DNA of 64,000 nucleotides, from NCBI RefSeq assembly GCF_009914755.1, contig NC_060944.1. One strand, written 5' to 3'. The notes under the pieces were generated by a model. It ran no database searches. It was given only the letters and a program-made list of their open reading frames with translations, and was not told the DNA's origin. Position numbers and translations under genes: made by a program. Shown here in pieces: positions 26,261 through 38,345 of this stretch. Position 1 is the stretch's first letter. Every line of letters begins with the position of its first letter. This DNA comes from the human T2T-CHM13v2.0 reference genome, Homo sapiens.

Positions 26261-26999
26261 ACTTTGAGAAACAAAGGAGTCCAAGAAGAGTATCAAGTTC
26301 TGCACACCACAGGGAATTTACCATAAATATGTCACTTTCTTTAATGAGAATTCATTAGTGACACAGCCTTGATAATCACATGTGAGCAACAAATGCATGC
26401 CGTAGGCTCTTGCCCTTGCAAACAGACCTCCTATCTGCTGCCATGTTTGTGGCCTGGGAAAACTACATTATTCATGAGATTGCTGTATTTTCTACAGTAG
26501 CTGCTGGCTCAAAGACATGAGCAGCACTGATGCCATGGTTTTTATTATTGATAAAGAAATATGTTTCTAGTTTGTCAAATTACATTTCAGTGCTCTGCTA
26601 GGCCAATAGTCTATGTAACTAATGATTGGGGTTCTTTAGTTCCAAAGAATGTCTGTTCTCTTCCAGGAGAAAAGTTTGTGGGCTGATTGTTTAAAATCTT
26701 CTGCCAATACAGACATGAGAAAAAGAGCTCTTAAGTGGGAACCAAGGGGCTTCTCATGATGTTGGATCAACTTCAGCATCATGAACAAGGAGCAAAGGCA
26801 GTTTCTCAATCTGCATTCAGGAGTGAGGTAGTTCCATAATGCTATCTAGATTGCAAATCCACCGCAAATTGTCCATACAGACTATTGCCATGATTTAGGG
26901 GAAAATTCATCCAAATGTGTTTAAGTTCTTTTCTGGAAAAACAAATCTTTGTTGAAATAGAGAGAGGGAAAAGTGCAAAATTCCTAACTCTCCTTTTCT

Positions 27000-27440
27000 A
27001 AATATGGGTTTTCCAGAAGTAGTCCCAGAAACAAACTCAAGTACAAGTTGTTTGTTTCTGAGATGATCCCAAATATGGGAGCTGGGAAGTGAGACAACGA
27101 GACAATGACAGATAGGCAACCAATCATAGGCATGTTACCACCGTGAGCAACCAGAGCTTAGTTGTGCTGGGAACCCTTAACAGTGTAGAACACACCTCAG
27201 CGTTATCTCATCCAGGTAATGAGGGAGCTGGGGTACTTATACACCCACCTTTCATCAGACTTTGGTTGACAGTTTCTCTTGAGAGAAAGAGTGGTATTAA
27301 TTCTCCAGCATATCCAGCCTGCAGTGCCTGGGCAGGGGAACCTTTCTCAGCTCTGGAGAAAGCCTTCAGGGAAAGAGATGAAGGTGCTTAGTACAAAAGA
27401 CATAGGGCCCCAGGACTGTGGGCCTGGTATTGATGTCTTG
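27000..27440 (-). mobile_element. LTR33-like ERVL solo LTR
   Basis: TGGGTTTTCCAGAAGTAG..CTCAAGTACAAGTTGTTTGTTT..GATGATCCCA..GGGAAGTGAGACA. Confidence 0.65.
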
Positions 27441-27514
27441 GGAAACTCCCCTATCCATATTTCTCCCTCTCCATTATTTAATAAATTAGAGACAAACAGA
27501 GCTATCATTTGATA

Positions 27515-27715
27515 GGTCCTTGCCCAATTTTAGGTATTGCATATTTCATAAGCATCATCATCAATCCTCATAATAACCACATAAATGGGTATTGTTTTCA
27601 TTCTCCCATTTTGCACATTAACAATTAAGACTCAAAGATGTTAAAGAATTTTCCCAAAGCCACAGAACTTATGAGTGGTAAAGGACGGATTCAAATCCAG
27701 GCCCTCAGGCTCTTG
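27515..27715 (-). mobile_element. MIR
   Basis: ATCCTCATAATAACC..CTCCCATTTTGCA..CCCAAAGCCACA..GGATTCAAATCCAGG. Confidence 0.65.
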
Positions 27716-28009
27716 TAAAATGCTGGTTGCCTGTGGTAAGCAAATGTCACCACATAAGCATTTGGCTGATCCAAGTTTTCTTAGCAAATTTGATTGGCAA
27801 TACCATTTTGATTGATAGTTTAATGATCCCTCTAGGCCATCTGTTCCCATGACTTGTGGTTGCATCTTCCTTCACAGAGATGCTTCTCATGACCTTGTTT
27901 TCATTCACACATCAATCCATTTGAATCTGAACTTTGTTTCTGGTTTTTGAAGGGAAGGACTTATGCCCTTAAAAAAACAAGAAAAAAGGGGGTAATTTGT
28001 TCTTTCTAG

Positions 28010-28160
28010 GACAGTGGAATCAACATATTAGAAAGTTGGACCCTAGTTTGATCTCAGCTCTTCCACTAACGTCTATGTGAACTTGGACTGGTTACTTGCC
28101 CTCTTTGGGCCTCAGCTTACCCATCTGTAAATTGGGATAATGCTTCCTATCATATAGAAG
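28010..28160 (+). mobile_element. MIR/MIR3
   Basis: CCACTAAC..TGTGAACTTGG..TTACTTGCCCTCTTTGGGCCTCAG..CCATCTGTAAATTGGGATAAT. Confidence 0.7.
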
Positions 28161-28904
28161 CAATGAAAAAGTGATAAATATATTTTCAATACTTGATAAA
28201 GGTTATTTCCATTCTTAAATTCAGAATACTTAAGGTATTGGGATGATTTCAAAGAGAGTCCCCTTGCTCCCAAGCTAACCTCAACTGTTAACTCCTCAGT
28301 GATAAGGGCTGTGTACCTTTAACTAGTATTGAGTATGGTATCCAGCAGATGGTAAGTGCTGAAAGTAAGCAGTGGTGTTTTGACACAGTATTGATTTAAT
28401 AAATTTTCCAATGTTATTAAGATATGATCTTTAGAACGAGACAAAAATTCAAAAGATGATCTAAGAACAGACTGGTTCCCTGGAACACCCAGCACCTCCT
28501 GTTGCCAGATGCCTTCTCCCATGCCTGCCTGAGGTTTACTTGACCTCGTTGAATGTAAGCATGCATTGAAATGTCTCTAAAACATTTCCAAAGACTAAAT
28601 ATTTAGAAAATTAAGTTATGCATTTATGTACTTTCACACAGATTCTTTTGTGGATAATTTTGTTCAGGGGCCTTTATTTATGACAAATGTGTTAATTGCC
28701 TCAACCAACACTATTAAGTGATTTGTGTGCCAGGTATTTTGCTAGACACCAGGGCTACAGAGAAGAATCAATATCCTACAACCTTAACCTCCCTCCCCCA
28801 GTCTACTGGAGAAGAGAGAAAACAACCAAAAATTGCTGCAAGGCAAACAACGTGCAAAAGGCTGTAGGGATGCCAAGGAGCAAGGACCATATGCATTTCT
28901 CACA

Positions 28905-29292
28905 AGGAGCTAGGATATGCTGGGTAGCAAACAGCCCCCGAAGATCAGTGGCTACAAAATACAATAATGTTATTTTTACTCATGCTACACGTACAAAATG
29001 CATGTATTGGGGTTGGGGATTCTGGTATCAGTCACTCAGGGATCCAGGCTGATGGGAGATGCACATTGCATCCTGATGTACCTTTCAAGAAATGCTGAGA
29101 CAAGAAAATGCAAAATGGTGAGCCAGGCACTGGTTTGAAAGCCACATGCAATCCACATCATTTTGCTCACATTTCACTAATCAAAGCAAGCTGCATGGCC
29201 TTACCTAACTTTGAAAGGGATGTAGAAATACTCCTCCTAGGTCTCTGGAACAATGAGAAATGGGGTATTTGTGAACAGCCCTCATTGCCACC
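28905..29292 (-). mobile_element. MLT1J-like MaLR LTR
   Basis: CTAGGATATGCTG..AACAGCCCC..TCAGTGGCT..GTCACTCAGGGATCCAGGCTGATGG..GCTCACATTTCACT..AAAGCAAG. Confidence 0.7.
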
Positions 29293-32032
29293 AGAGTTGG
29301 GATCTAGTAGTTGGGAGTTTGACTGAGCTGTCCCTCCCAACACCATTTCTCAGCCAATAATTCTGTCTTGTGTTTATACAAAACCACTTCCTGAGAGAAA
29401 GGCCCTCTGCATTCAGTCACACTTGATATTTGTTGTCCTCTTTCATGTATCCCAGCCTGGTGGGTGCTGATGACAAAGAGAGAAATGACAGGGCTCCTGT
29501 CCTCAGGGAGCTGAGCTCATGGTGCCACTGAGTCCACGGTACACATGGACAAGAAAATGCCTACAGTGTGGTTGGAAAATAATTTGATGAGCACTGGGAC
29601 AATGCAACTGGGCCACAGAAAGAGAGGCAGGGAAGGCTTTGTGAGAAGCGGAGGAGGTACCGCACCCGGAAGACAAAGTTTTTACAGTGCCCCAGGAAAA
29701 GTGGGAGCAACAGGCTTTACTAAGACAGATGAAAGCACGTGAAACAGAAGCTTGAAGCCACTCATCACTGCAGGGGGAAGCTGGGTAGCATCCAGACTGC
29801 CATCCTTCGGTGCAATTCCTGAGAGACCAATCCCTCAAGTTGCATGGGTATTTTGTCATGAGAAGGTCACTGGGATGGCAGACTGGTATTCTGATGGCTG
29901 CAGCAGCCCATGTTCCTTTTGCTCAGACATGTTAAGGGAGCCAGGCTTTTTAGGATGTGTTGATCTTCATTTTGGCCTGCTCCATTTGATCAATATGTGA
30001 TGAGTATGTCTAAAGATGGCATGAATGTTCCTGCTGCATTTTTTTTCAAGCAAAGGAGAAAAGACTCTACCTCTGTGAACCTCCGTTTAGACTCATCAAA
30101 CTCGGGTCTCATGAAAGCAGCCAGGAGGGAGAAGCAAGGAAGCTGATTGCTGTTGCCTTGGTAAGGGGAATCCACTCCACTCAGGTCCCTGTGGTTTCCA
30201 TGGGAACAGCACCGCTTGCTTCTGCAGGCCCCCAGGGCTGGCGGGATGCACTGAAAGGAAAATTGGGGGATGAAAGAGAGGAGCAGAAAGAGACTTTGAG
30301 GACCTTGAAGGTATTTGGGGAATGACTCTCAGCTGGATGAGGCTGCTCCGTTCTCCCTGCATAGGTAGCTGCTGTTAACAGGCCATGTGGGCCATGTGGC
30401 CCCAACAGGCTGAGTACCAGAAGCACCTGCCTAGAGGCACATGCATTTATGCAGCTCTCATGGACTAATCACCATCCAGGTAAACAGATGCCAATGCAAG
30501 ACAGGAAGGAACTGGCAATATGTGGATTTCAACATCAAGACCAGAGATGAATGTGTCCTCTGCCCACACCAGGCCAGCATGTCATTGTTGTTATAATTTA
30601 GAATAATGATATGTGACCCCAGGAAGCATGGCGGTAGGTATTTCACATTCACTATCTACACTCTTCATAACAACCCTGCAGGGATGACATCAACACACCC
30701 ATCTACAGATGAAGGAAATGAGGCCCGGTGTGGCACAGAAGGAGATCTGGACCCGAGCCTGATTCTCCACTGTGGGATCTTATTCAAAATCTAACTGATC
30801 ACCCAAGGAAAATGTTAGTTCCCAAATACAGCAAGCATCCTAGCTCAAGCCTTAAAAAATGCGCTGAGTACTTTTGGATTTGGCGCTAGGATGCACACCT
30901 GGAGAGGGTGACATCAGCACCAGCCATCAGCTCTGGGAGGCGCTAGAGGCCCCACATTGTCTTACCTCTTGTTCTAGAAGTGAACCAACTGAGGCCAAGA
31001 AGCACTTGGCAGAGCCTTCCAGTCCAGTGCACCACACTGTCCGCATACACTCTTTTCTTGGACAGCTGCAGCTATTCAGAAAATCGCATGCCCCACACAC
31101 ACCTGCAAGGCACCAGAGTGTGTCGCCAGTTGAAGAGCTGTTGCAGTCTCCAGGAGGAAAGCACAGCTGCTGTTGCAGCTCTTTTCTTGAACCACTGGGT
31201 CAACTGGGCAGAGTGGATTTACCCCATCCATGCCTAAGGTCTGTTCTCAGAGTTCTTCATCCCACTGAGACTTATCAGGCATCTGCTGTGTGCACTGCAG
31301 TGTACTGTGTTTGGACCAGAGGCAATGGGAAGGAGGATCCTCAGAGGCCACTTTTCAAATGGCCAAAAGGCAAATTGAGTCCCAGAGAGATGAAATGACA
31401 GGTGGCCAAAGCCACACTTTGGAAATGTTGGCATTGAGCCCCACATTTCCAGATTCCCAATTGAGGACACTTTTCTTGACTCCAGGCTGACCCCTTCCTT
31501 AGGAAGATTAAACACTGTGATACCAAATTGCTTTAGAACCACAGCAAGGCAACGAGTGAAATAACAATGTTATTAGTAGGCTGTGTATATAGCACGCACG
31601 TAGGAGCTGACAAAGATCAATGACAATCCTTATGGCCTCCCTAAACGAAGCTGCTGCCCCAGTGGGTCTCTAAGATAGGATTCTTCCTGATTTACATTCT
31701 GTGCTGCAGGGTCATCTGGCAACAAATGCCCTTTGCAAATGAATCAAAGAAGCTTCTAACATGGTGGAACAGGATATGTAATATAAGAACATGTTACAAC
31801 CCTAAGTCTTAACATTGGGGTCCTACCATGCTAGATTCAGAATGCAAGTCTTAATAACAGTTTATCCTGATGTTATGCTTGTGCAGAGGGACTCCCTTCT
31901 GCCACCTCCACCCCATGCCCCACTGCTGTGTGCTGAAGCTAATTATGTGTGTATAAGTTATGGTCTCTCCTTTCCTGCAATAAGATACCTTGCGTCTCCT
32001 CTTCAGTTCTTATGCAAAGGAGGCTTCGGAGA

Positions 32033-32400
32033 TGCTGTGAACTGAATGTTTGTTCCCACTTCCCAGATTCATATGTTGAAGCCCTAACCCCCAAAATGAT
32101 GGTATTTGGAGATGGGACCTTTGGGAGGTAATTAGGGTCACATAAAGGTGTAAGAGTGGGACCCCAATCATGAGATTAATGTCCAAATAAGAGGAGGAAG
32201 AGACCAGAGTTTACTCATACTCTGATATGTAGATACTGTAAGAAGGTGGCCTCAGCCAGCCAGAAGACAGCCCTCATCAGAACCCAACCATGCTGGCACC
32301 TTTATCTCAGACTTCCAGCCTCCAGAGCTATGAGAGATAAATGTCTGTTGGTTAAGCTCCCAAGTCTACGGTATTCTGTTGTATCAGGCTAGGGCAGACA
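32033..32400 (+). mobile_element. MLT1A-like MaLR solo LTR
   Basis: TGCTGTGAACTGAATGTTTG..ATTCATATGTTGAAGCCCTAACCCC..GACTTCCAGCCTCCAGA..GCAGACA, with TG..CA ends. Confidence 0.88.
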
Positions 32401-32798
32401 TGGGGCATTCCTACACCCAGACATGCGGATGGTTTCTTGATATATCACCTGTGACTCTTTCTAGGGCCTTCTCTGGCCCCAGAAGCATGCTTGGCTTGGC
32501 CAGTGCAGGGCTGAGCAGAAGTGTTGAAGGGTCAGTGCCTTTGGGACAGCCCTAAACAGTGACAGGCAGGCGTCAGTGGACGGAGCCCCCCACCCTGCTG
32601 CTGACCCTGCAGTAGACAACTCTGAGACCTGCTTTCCTCTGTCTCCCAGCAAGCTTGAGACACTGTGCCAGCCCCTTCCCCTCCCTGCCTCATCTCTCCA
32701 CCCTGCTCCCGATGCTTCCTGGGATCACCTCCCAAACAAACAGCTGTCATTCAAATCTTTCTCTCAGGGTCTGCTCTTGAGGGCCCCAGCCTAAGGCA
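32401..32798 (+). mobile_element. LTR33-like ERVL solo LTR
   Basis: Ends GCTTCCTGGGATCACCTCCCAAACAAAC..CTCAGGGTCTGCTCTTGAGGG..CTAAGGCA. The left boundary is uncertain. Confidence 0.7.
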
Positions 32799-32818
32799 TG
32801 GGCATTTGGAACCTATGA

Positions 32819-33161
<343 letters not shown>

Positions 33162-34869
33162 TGGGCTTAGCTCAATTTTTAGATGAAATCTCTCCCTGTG
33201 ACTTTTTTTTCAAATGATAATGCATATCTAAAAGGGAAAATAAAATATATGTAGTATTCTTTGCAAGCTGTGCATGAGTCCTTTGAAACCATTTTTCCAA
33301 TTTTGTTATTTTCCTGATACGTGTTTTCTGAGAGGAGCTGTAATGAAAAAGTGGTCAGAGTGGGTGGATATCAGGTGAAGTTTGCTAGGTGAGTATTTAA
33401 CCTGGTCATTCTTTCCACATTGCTATTGGCCATCAAATAAGACTCTTTGTTTTTCTTGAAGAACAGTGGTTCAAAACCGTTAGACTGTCCTCTGCCTTGC
33501 CCACCCTGACCCTGGAGCTCCCACATTCTACCCACATTCAACTCGGTGAGGAGGCCCACAGTGCTGGCCGCTCCATTCACAAGCTGTGCTGCTGACTGTG
33601 CCAGATTGGAGGCTCTCATTGCCCCATGGAGAATTTTCACACACTTCCTCATGGCCAGCTGTGACTGCTGACAAGAGGAGACAGTTTTGATAGAGGAGCT
33701 CCCAGCTGGGCATGGATCAGAGAGCAGGCCCTGGAGAGCAGACCAAGATCAGGTCACTGGTAAGCTGCCCACTCCCTGAAGGGAGGAAAGGGAGGGTTGC
33801 TGAGCCTCCAAGGAAGGAGGACCCTGACGAAGCTCCTGTGGTTTCTCTTTGGCTCACCCCTGCCCGGCCAGGACTTTGGGCAGCTTCTGGGTGGACTGTC
33901 CCGAGCCAGCATGGGGCCCTTTGGGTCCTGCTCCATCCAGGGCTCAGCCTCCAGTGTGTCTTCCCCAGGGGTCCCAGCTGGGGCCACCATGTGGGCTGGC
34001 ATGGAGACCCCTGACAAGAAACCTCCTCCACCAGAGAACCAGGCCCAGTGGGATACACATATCTGCAGTTGCTTCATTCAGCCAGTTGCTGTTCATGTTG
34101 TGGAGAATTGAAACTCAGAATGCCTGGATTCAGAACCCAAGCCTGTCACTTACTGACATGGTGTCCTTGGTGGAACAGATGTGCTCCCTGGCCCTCAGTG
34201 GCCTCATGCACGGGGCAGCAGTGAGGCAAGAGAATAGAGCTGGGCTGGGGAGAACCCAGTGCAGACGTGGATGATGCTCATGGGGTGACTTTCACTCCTT
34301 TCCTGTGCTCCCTCGGTCCCTTGTTATTGATCACGGAGGAAGCTTGTGGGGCGGAAAGTAAAGAGCTAACTGGATGCCACATACCTGTACCCACTGTACC
34401 CCTCATTGATGATTGGGGACCTCAAATAAGAGGTTTCCACACGATTCCTTTGCTTGGCACTGCCCCAGGGCATATGACTGGCTTGTTTCCCATGGGTGAT
34501 GGCTGTTGTGATTGATACATTAACTCAGCATCCCATCTCTAGCTTCCAGCTCTGAGACTAGGAGAACAATAGGAGAGGTGACCTTTCAACCCTAGGACTG
34601 GCCAGTGCCAAAACACCCTGTGGCAGCTACACTGAAAAATGCAAAGAAAAAAAAAAGCCTATTGCTTCTCCTCCAGGAGAGTGGCAGCTGAATGTAAATC
34701 AGGTCAAATCCTCTTTTGGAGGAGGTCACAGAAGGAAGAAGTCAGAGGGCAGAATGGAATTGCAGATCCATGCAGTAGGGGGGTGGCATGTGTGAGGGGC
34801 GTCCCCAGCCCTGGGTTTGCTGGGTGTGCAGCCCTTCTCCCACTTTCCAGCCATGGAGCCCAAGCATGT

Positions 34870-35010
34870 TGCCCCATCTGTCTTCCCCTTGGGTTCCTCA
34901 TCTACAGAACTGGAATAATAATCTGTTTGTGAGGATAAGATGGGATCACAGGGGCAAAGTGCAAGGTACAGTGCTTGCCAGGAGCAGGTGCTCAATAAAT
35001 GCTCACTGTT
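34870..35010 (+). mobile_element. MIR
   Basis: TTCCTCATCTA..GAATAATAAT..TTGTGAGGATAA..AGGTGCTCAATAAATG. Confidence 0.65.
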
Positions 35011-35288
35011 GTCATCCCTCTGCCCCTCACATTAATTTCCAGATCGTGGCTTCATTTTGGTCCCCAAGGGAAACTCCTCCAGGCTTCTCCCAGTTTATTC
35101 ATTGTTCAGAGGGGCTCTGTGCAGCCTGTTTAGAGCAGCTTCAGCTTAGAAAAATCCTCCCATAATCATGATGTTCCTGTCTTTTCTTGTCTCCTTTTTT
35201 ATGTTTAAAGGACCATACAAAACTAGAGATTGTGATTGGCTAGACACACAGGTGGGTCTTGCTTTTTTTTTAGAAAAAAAAAAAAGCC

Positions 35289-35538
35289 TTTTTGAGATAT
35301 TATTGACGTATAAAAATTGTATATGCTTAAGGTATACAACTTGATCTTTTGATATACAGATACATTGTGAAATGTTAACCACATTTCAGTTCATTAACGT
35401 ATCCATTACCTCTACATAGTTATCATTTATGTGTGTGTGTTTGTGTGTGTGTGTAGTGAGAAGATTTAGATCCATCCTCTTCGCAAGTTTCAAGTATATA
35501 ATGTAGTATTTTTAACTGTCCCCCACTTGCTGTACTTT
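35289..35538 (-). mobile_element. L1MA8/9-like 3' end with internal (TG)n
   Basis: AAAAATTGTATAT..AAGGTATACAAC..ATACATTGTGAAATG..ACATAGTTATCATT(TG)n..AGTGAGAA..TTTCAAGTATATAAT. Confidence 0.85.
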
Positions 35539-35559
35539 GGAAGGTGAGCCTTGCTTTAT

Positions 35560-35914
35560 GTACTAGACGTACCCTTTGGCCCAAACACTTCGTGTGGCTC
35601 CAACCCAATACCTGCACAATGCCTTAAGCCAATGCTGCCTTGGATGCAGAGAGCAGAGCCTTTTCAAGCAGTGACCGATGGCTTGTGTCTTGCACAAATC
35701 CTCCGGGCAAGCCAGGGGTCCCCAGCAGAACTGGGCCTGGATGTCTCAGAGGTCATCCACTCACTCCTTAGCAGCACTGTCTTTGTCTCTTCTCCCCTTC
35801 CTGGCTGCACTGCCTCCCTCATGCACAGTGCATCCTGGAGTCATCTCCCAAGTAAACCACATAGCTCCACATCCTTGTCGGAGGGTCTGCTTTTAGAGGA
35901 ATCCAAAATAAGAC
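35560..35914 (+). mobile_element. LTR33-like ERVL solo LTR
   Basis: Ends TCCTGGAGTCATCTCCCAAGTAAAC..ATCCTTGTCGGAGGGTCTGCTTTTAGAGGAATCCAAAATAAGACA. Confidence 0.7.
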
Positions 35915-36497
35915 AGGTGGCAAGCAGGTATCATCTAGCATATCCTCCCCATCAAATGGTGGTGGTTTCTCTAAGAACTTGCTAGAGAAAGACTTGGAGA
36001 CATCATCAAGCTCAGAGGGAAAGACTTCTTTCAGCAGCTGGTGATGTCTGCCCATGTGGGGCTGTGGGTGGGGGTGGTGTGTGCTGCTTCCTGCCGCGCC
36101 TGGTGGGCACATCCTCCAGCAAAGGAGCCGTGGATTCCTATCGGAGGGACCACAGGAGGCTTCATAAAGGAGAGGAGATGTGAGAACCTGGCCCAGAAGG
36201 TTGATTGGATTTTATGAGAGGAAGGGACAGGAGGCCTGGTTAGTGGTGGAGGACCTTCTTGGGACCGTCAGTTCACAGACTCCAGCTTTCATCTCAAGGC
36301 AGAAAGGTTTTGGAACATTGAGAAGGCATGAACATCCCTGTGGTTGGCATTCTGGTCCAGCCACAAATGGAGGTCAACTTAGAAAGAGGAGCAGAGGGAG
36401 GGAGCAGGGAGGGGGTTGTTCTAATAGCACACGAGGCCCACACCCTAAGCCAGGTCAGGCAAAGTGGAAAAGGAGCAAAATGAAGACCCACTTAGAG

Positions 36498-36960
36498 CAG
36501 GGGCTTCAAATCTGTCTGAGCCACAGACCCTTTTGGTGATCCAGTGAAGCCTACAGCCCCTGCTCAGAAAAGCAGTTTTCAATGCATGCATGCAGCAAAG
36601 TACATAAGGTTACACATGGAAACTGACTGTGTGGAAATGAAGCTGTCAAAGTATTAGAAAACAAATTTGCAATATAGTAGTTCACGTGCTTCCTCATTAA
36701 CACTTTAAGTCACAGGTGGTGACCTAACAACCACCATAAGATTGAAGCAGTGGGTGAGAGCTGCACAAGTATGATGGTATGACGTGTTATGAAAATATCT
36801 GTGGGGCCGAGCCCCAGGTTCTGCTAACGCTACTGTGGTTGGTTGCCCACGTTCTTATCTGAAGGAAACACTAAATTCTGGTTAGTTTTGTGAACTTAAA
36901 GATTCAGGATCTTTTTTTCATCCAAGTTCATGGACCCCATGTTAAAACCAAGACTCCCAG
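36498..36960. mobile_element. hAT-Charlie non-autonomous element (Charlie4a/MER80-like)
   Basis: Starts CAGGGG and contains GACCCTTTTGG..GTGAAGCCTA and CCAAGTTCATGGACCCC. Degenerate 8-bp TSD ACTTAGAG vs ACCTACAG. Confidence 0.7.
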
Positions 36961-37374
36961 ACCTACAGCACTGAAAATGTGGTCACCTGTGCTGAGACGG
37001 TTTTCTTTCTCTGTTCTTTAGCCCTGCATGAATTCCCCAATGACATCTTCACAAACGAGGATAGAAGACAAGGTGCGGTGGTCCTCCATGTGCTCTGTGT
37101 AAGTACCCCTCTGTGCCTCTGCCTGGAGGGTCCATAGGCTAGGCCTAGGGGTGTGGGGTGTGGCACCTGAGGTGCCCCCAGTAGATTCTCTCTGCCCTCC
37201 TGTTCCCACGCTGCCTGGTGGGGGTCCTTCGAGCTCTGTAGGGGGCCATCACCAAATGGAGATGAAAGACCACAGCTTTCGAAGGTGGAGCCATCTGTTA
37301 TGCACTTTCCCTTCATGTTAGTGCCCAGAGTGTGGACTCTAAAGTCAAACAGCCCCACTCTCCATGACTTAACC

Positions 37375-37640
37375 CTACTCTCTGCTCAAACACCACCCTC
37401 TTGGGGAGCCCTTTCCTAACTGGCCTTTCTGAAATGCCGCCATATTTCCTCTTACCCTGCTTTGTTTTCCTCCATGCTATCTGCCATTGCATAGTTATTT
37501 GCTTTTCAACTTTTCACCCTCACTCACACGTAAGCCCCATGAGAACAGGGACTTGGTTTTGTACACGGCTTCATTCCCAGACCCTTTCTTGGCATGTGGT
37601 AGGGACAGAACATTTGCTCACTGAGTGGATTATATGTAAT
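37375..37640 (+). mobile_element. L2 3' end fragment
   Basis: GTAAGCCCCATGAGAACAGGGACTTGGTTTTGT..TGGCATGTGGTAGG. Confidence 0.65.
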
Positions 37641-37925
37641 GGCAACTAGCACCATGTCTGACACATAGAAGATGAACAAGAAAAGCTTGTTCTGTTCCCA
37701 TCTGGCCTCTTACTTTCCACCACTGCCCAGCATCTTCTGCCACAGAGCCAGTGGCTCTAAAGTCTGTGGTCCTCTTGTCCCCATTTGGAGGGTTTGGGGG
37801 AGGGCATACATGTGACGATGTCTAAGGAGTGGACAGCTGTCCAACAAGAAATCTCTGAGCCAAATTCTCGACTAGGTACATTACTGCTTCCCCATCTCTG
37901 TGGCATTCCCTCCCCCTTAATTCCA

Positions 37926-38345
37926 TTCTAGTTATTTATCGCTGTGAAGCGAGCTCCCCACATTCAGTGGCATGCCTGGTCACCATGTTGTTTTGTTCTT
38001 GGGTTGTTTGTGTTGAGTGCTCAGAAGGAGCACAGTGGGAATGCTGCTCCACGGAATCCAGGGCCTCAGATGGACCGACTCCGATGGCTGTGGCTAGACC
38101 AGTGGTCCTAAAGGGTTTCTCTCTCCCATGCCTGGTATGTGGGGTGGGATGGCTGAAGGGCTGGCTCAGCTATGGCTACTGAGAAGAGCACCTACAGTGA
38201 CCTCTACAGCATGGCAGCCTCAGGCAGTCAGACTTCCACGTGGCAGCCCAGAGAGCTCAGAAAGGGAGGGTGACTTAGCCTTGAAGTCCCACGGTGTCAT
38301 TTCCACCATTACAGTCACAGCCCACTGTGATTCAACGGAGGGGTC
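37926..38345 (-). mobile_element. MLT1H-like MaLR LTR
   Basis: AGTTATTTATCGCTGTG..TCAGTGGC..CTCTACAGCATGGCAGCCTCAGG..TGACTTAGCCTTGAAGTC. Confidence 0.65.

Noticed and set aside
30874-31398. 174-aa ORF
   Set aside because: TTG start, no recognisable homology, and the 3' part appears to overlap a MIR-like fragment.
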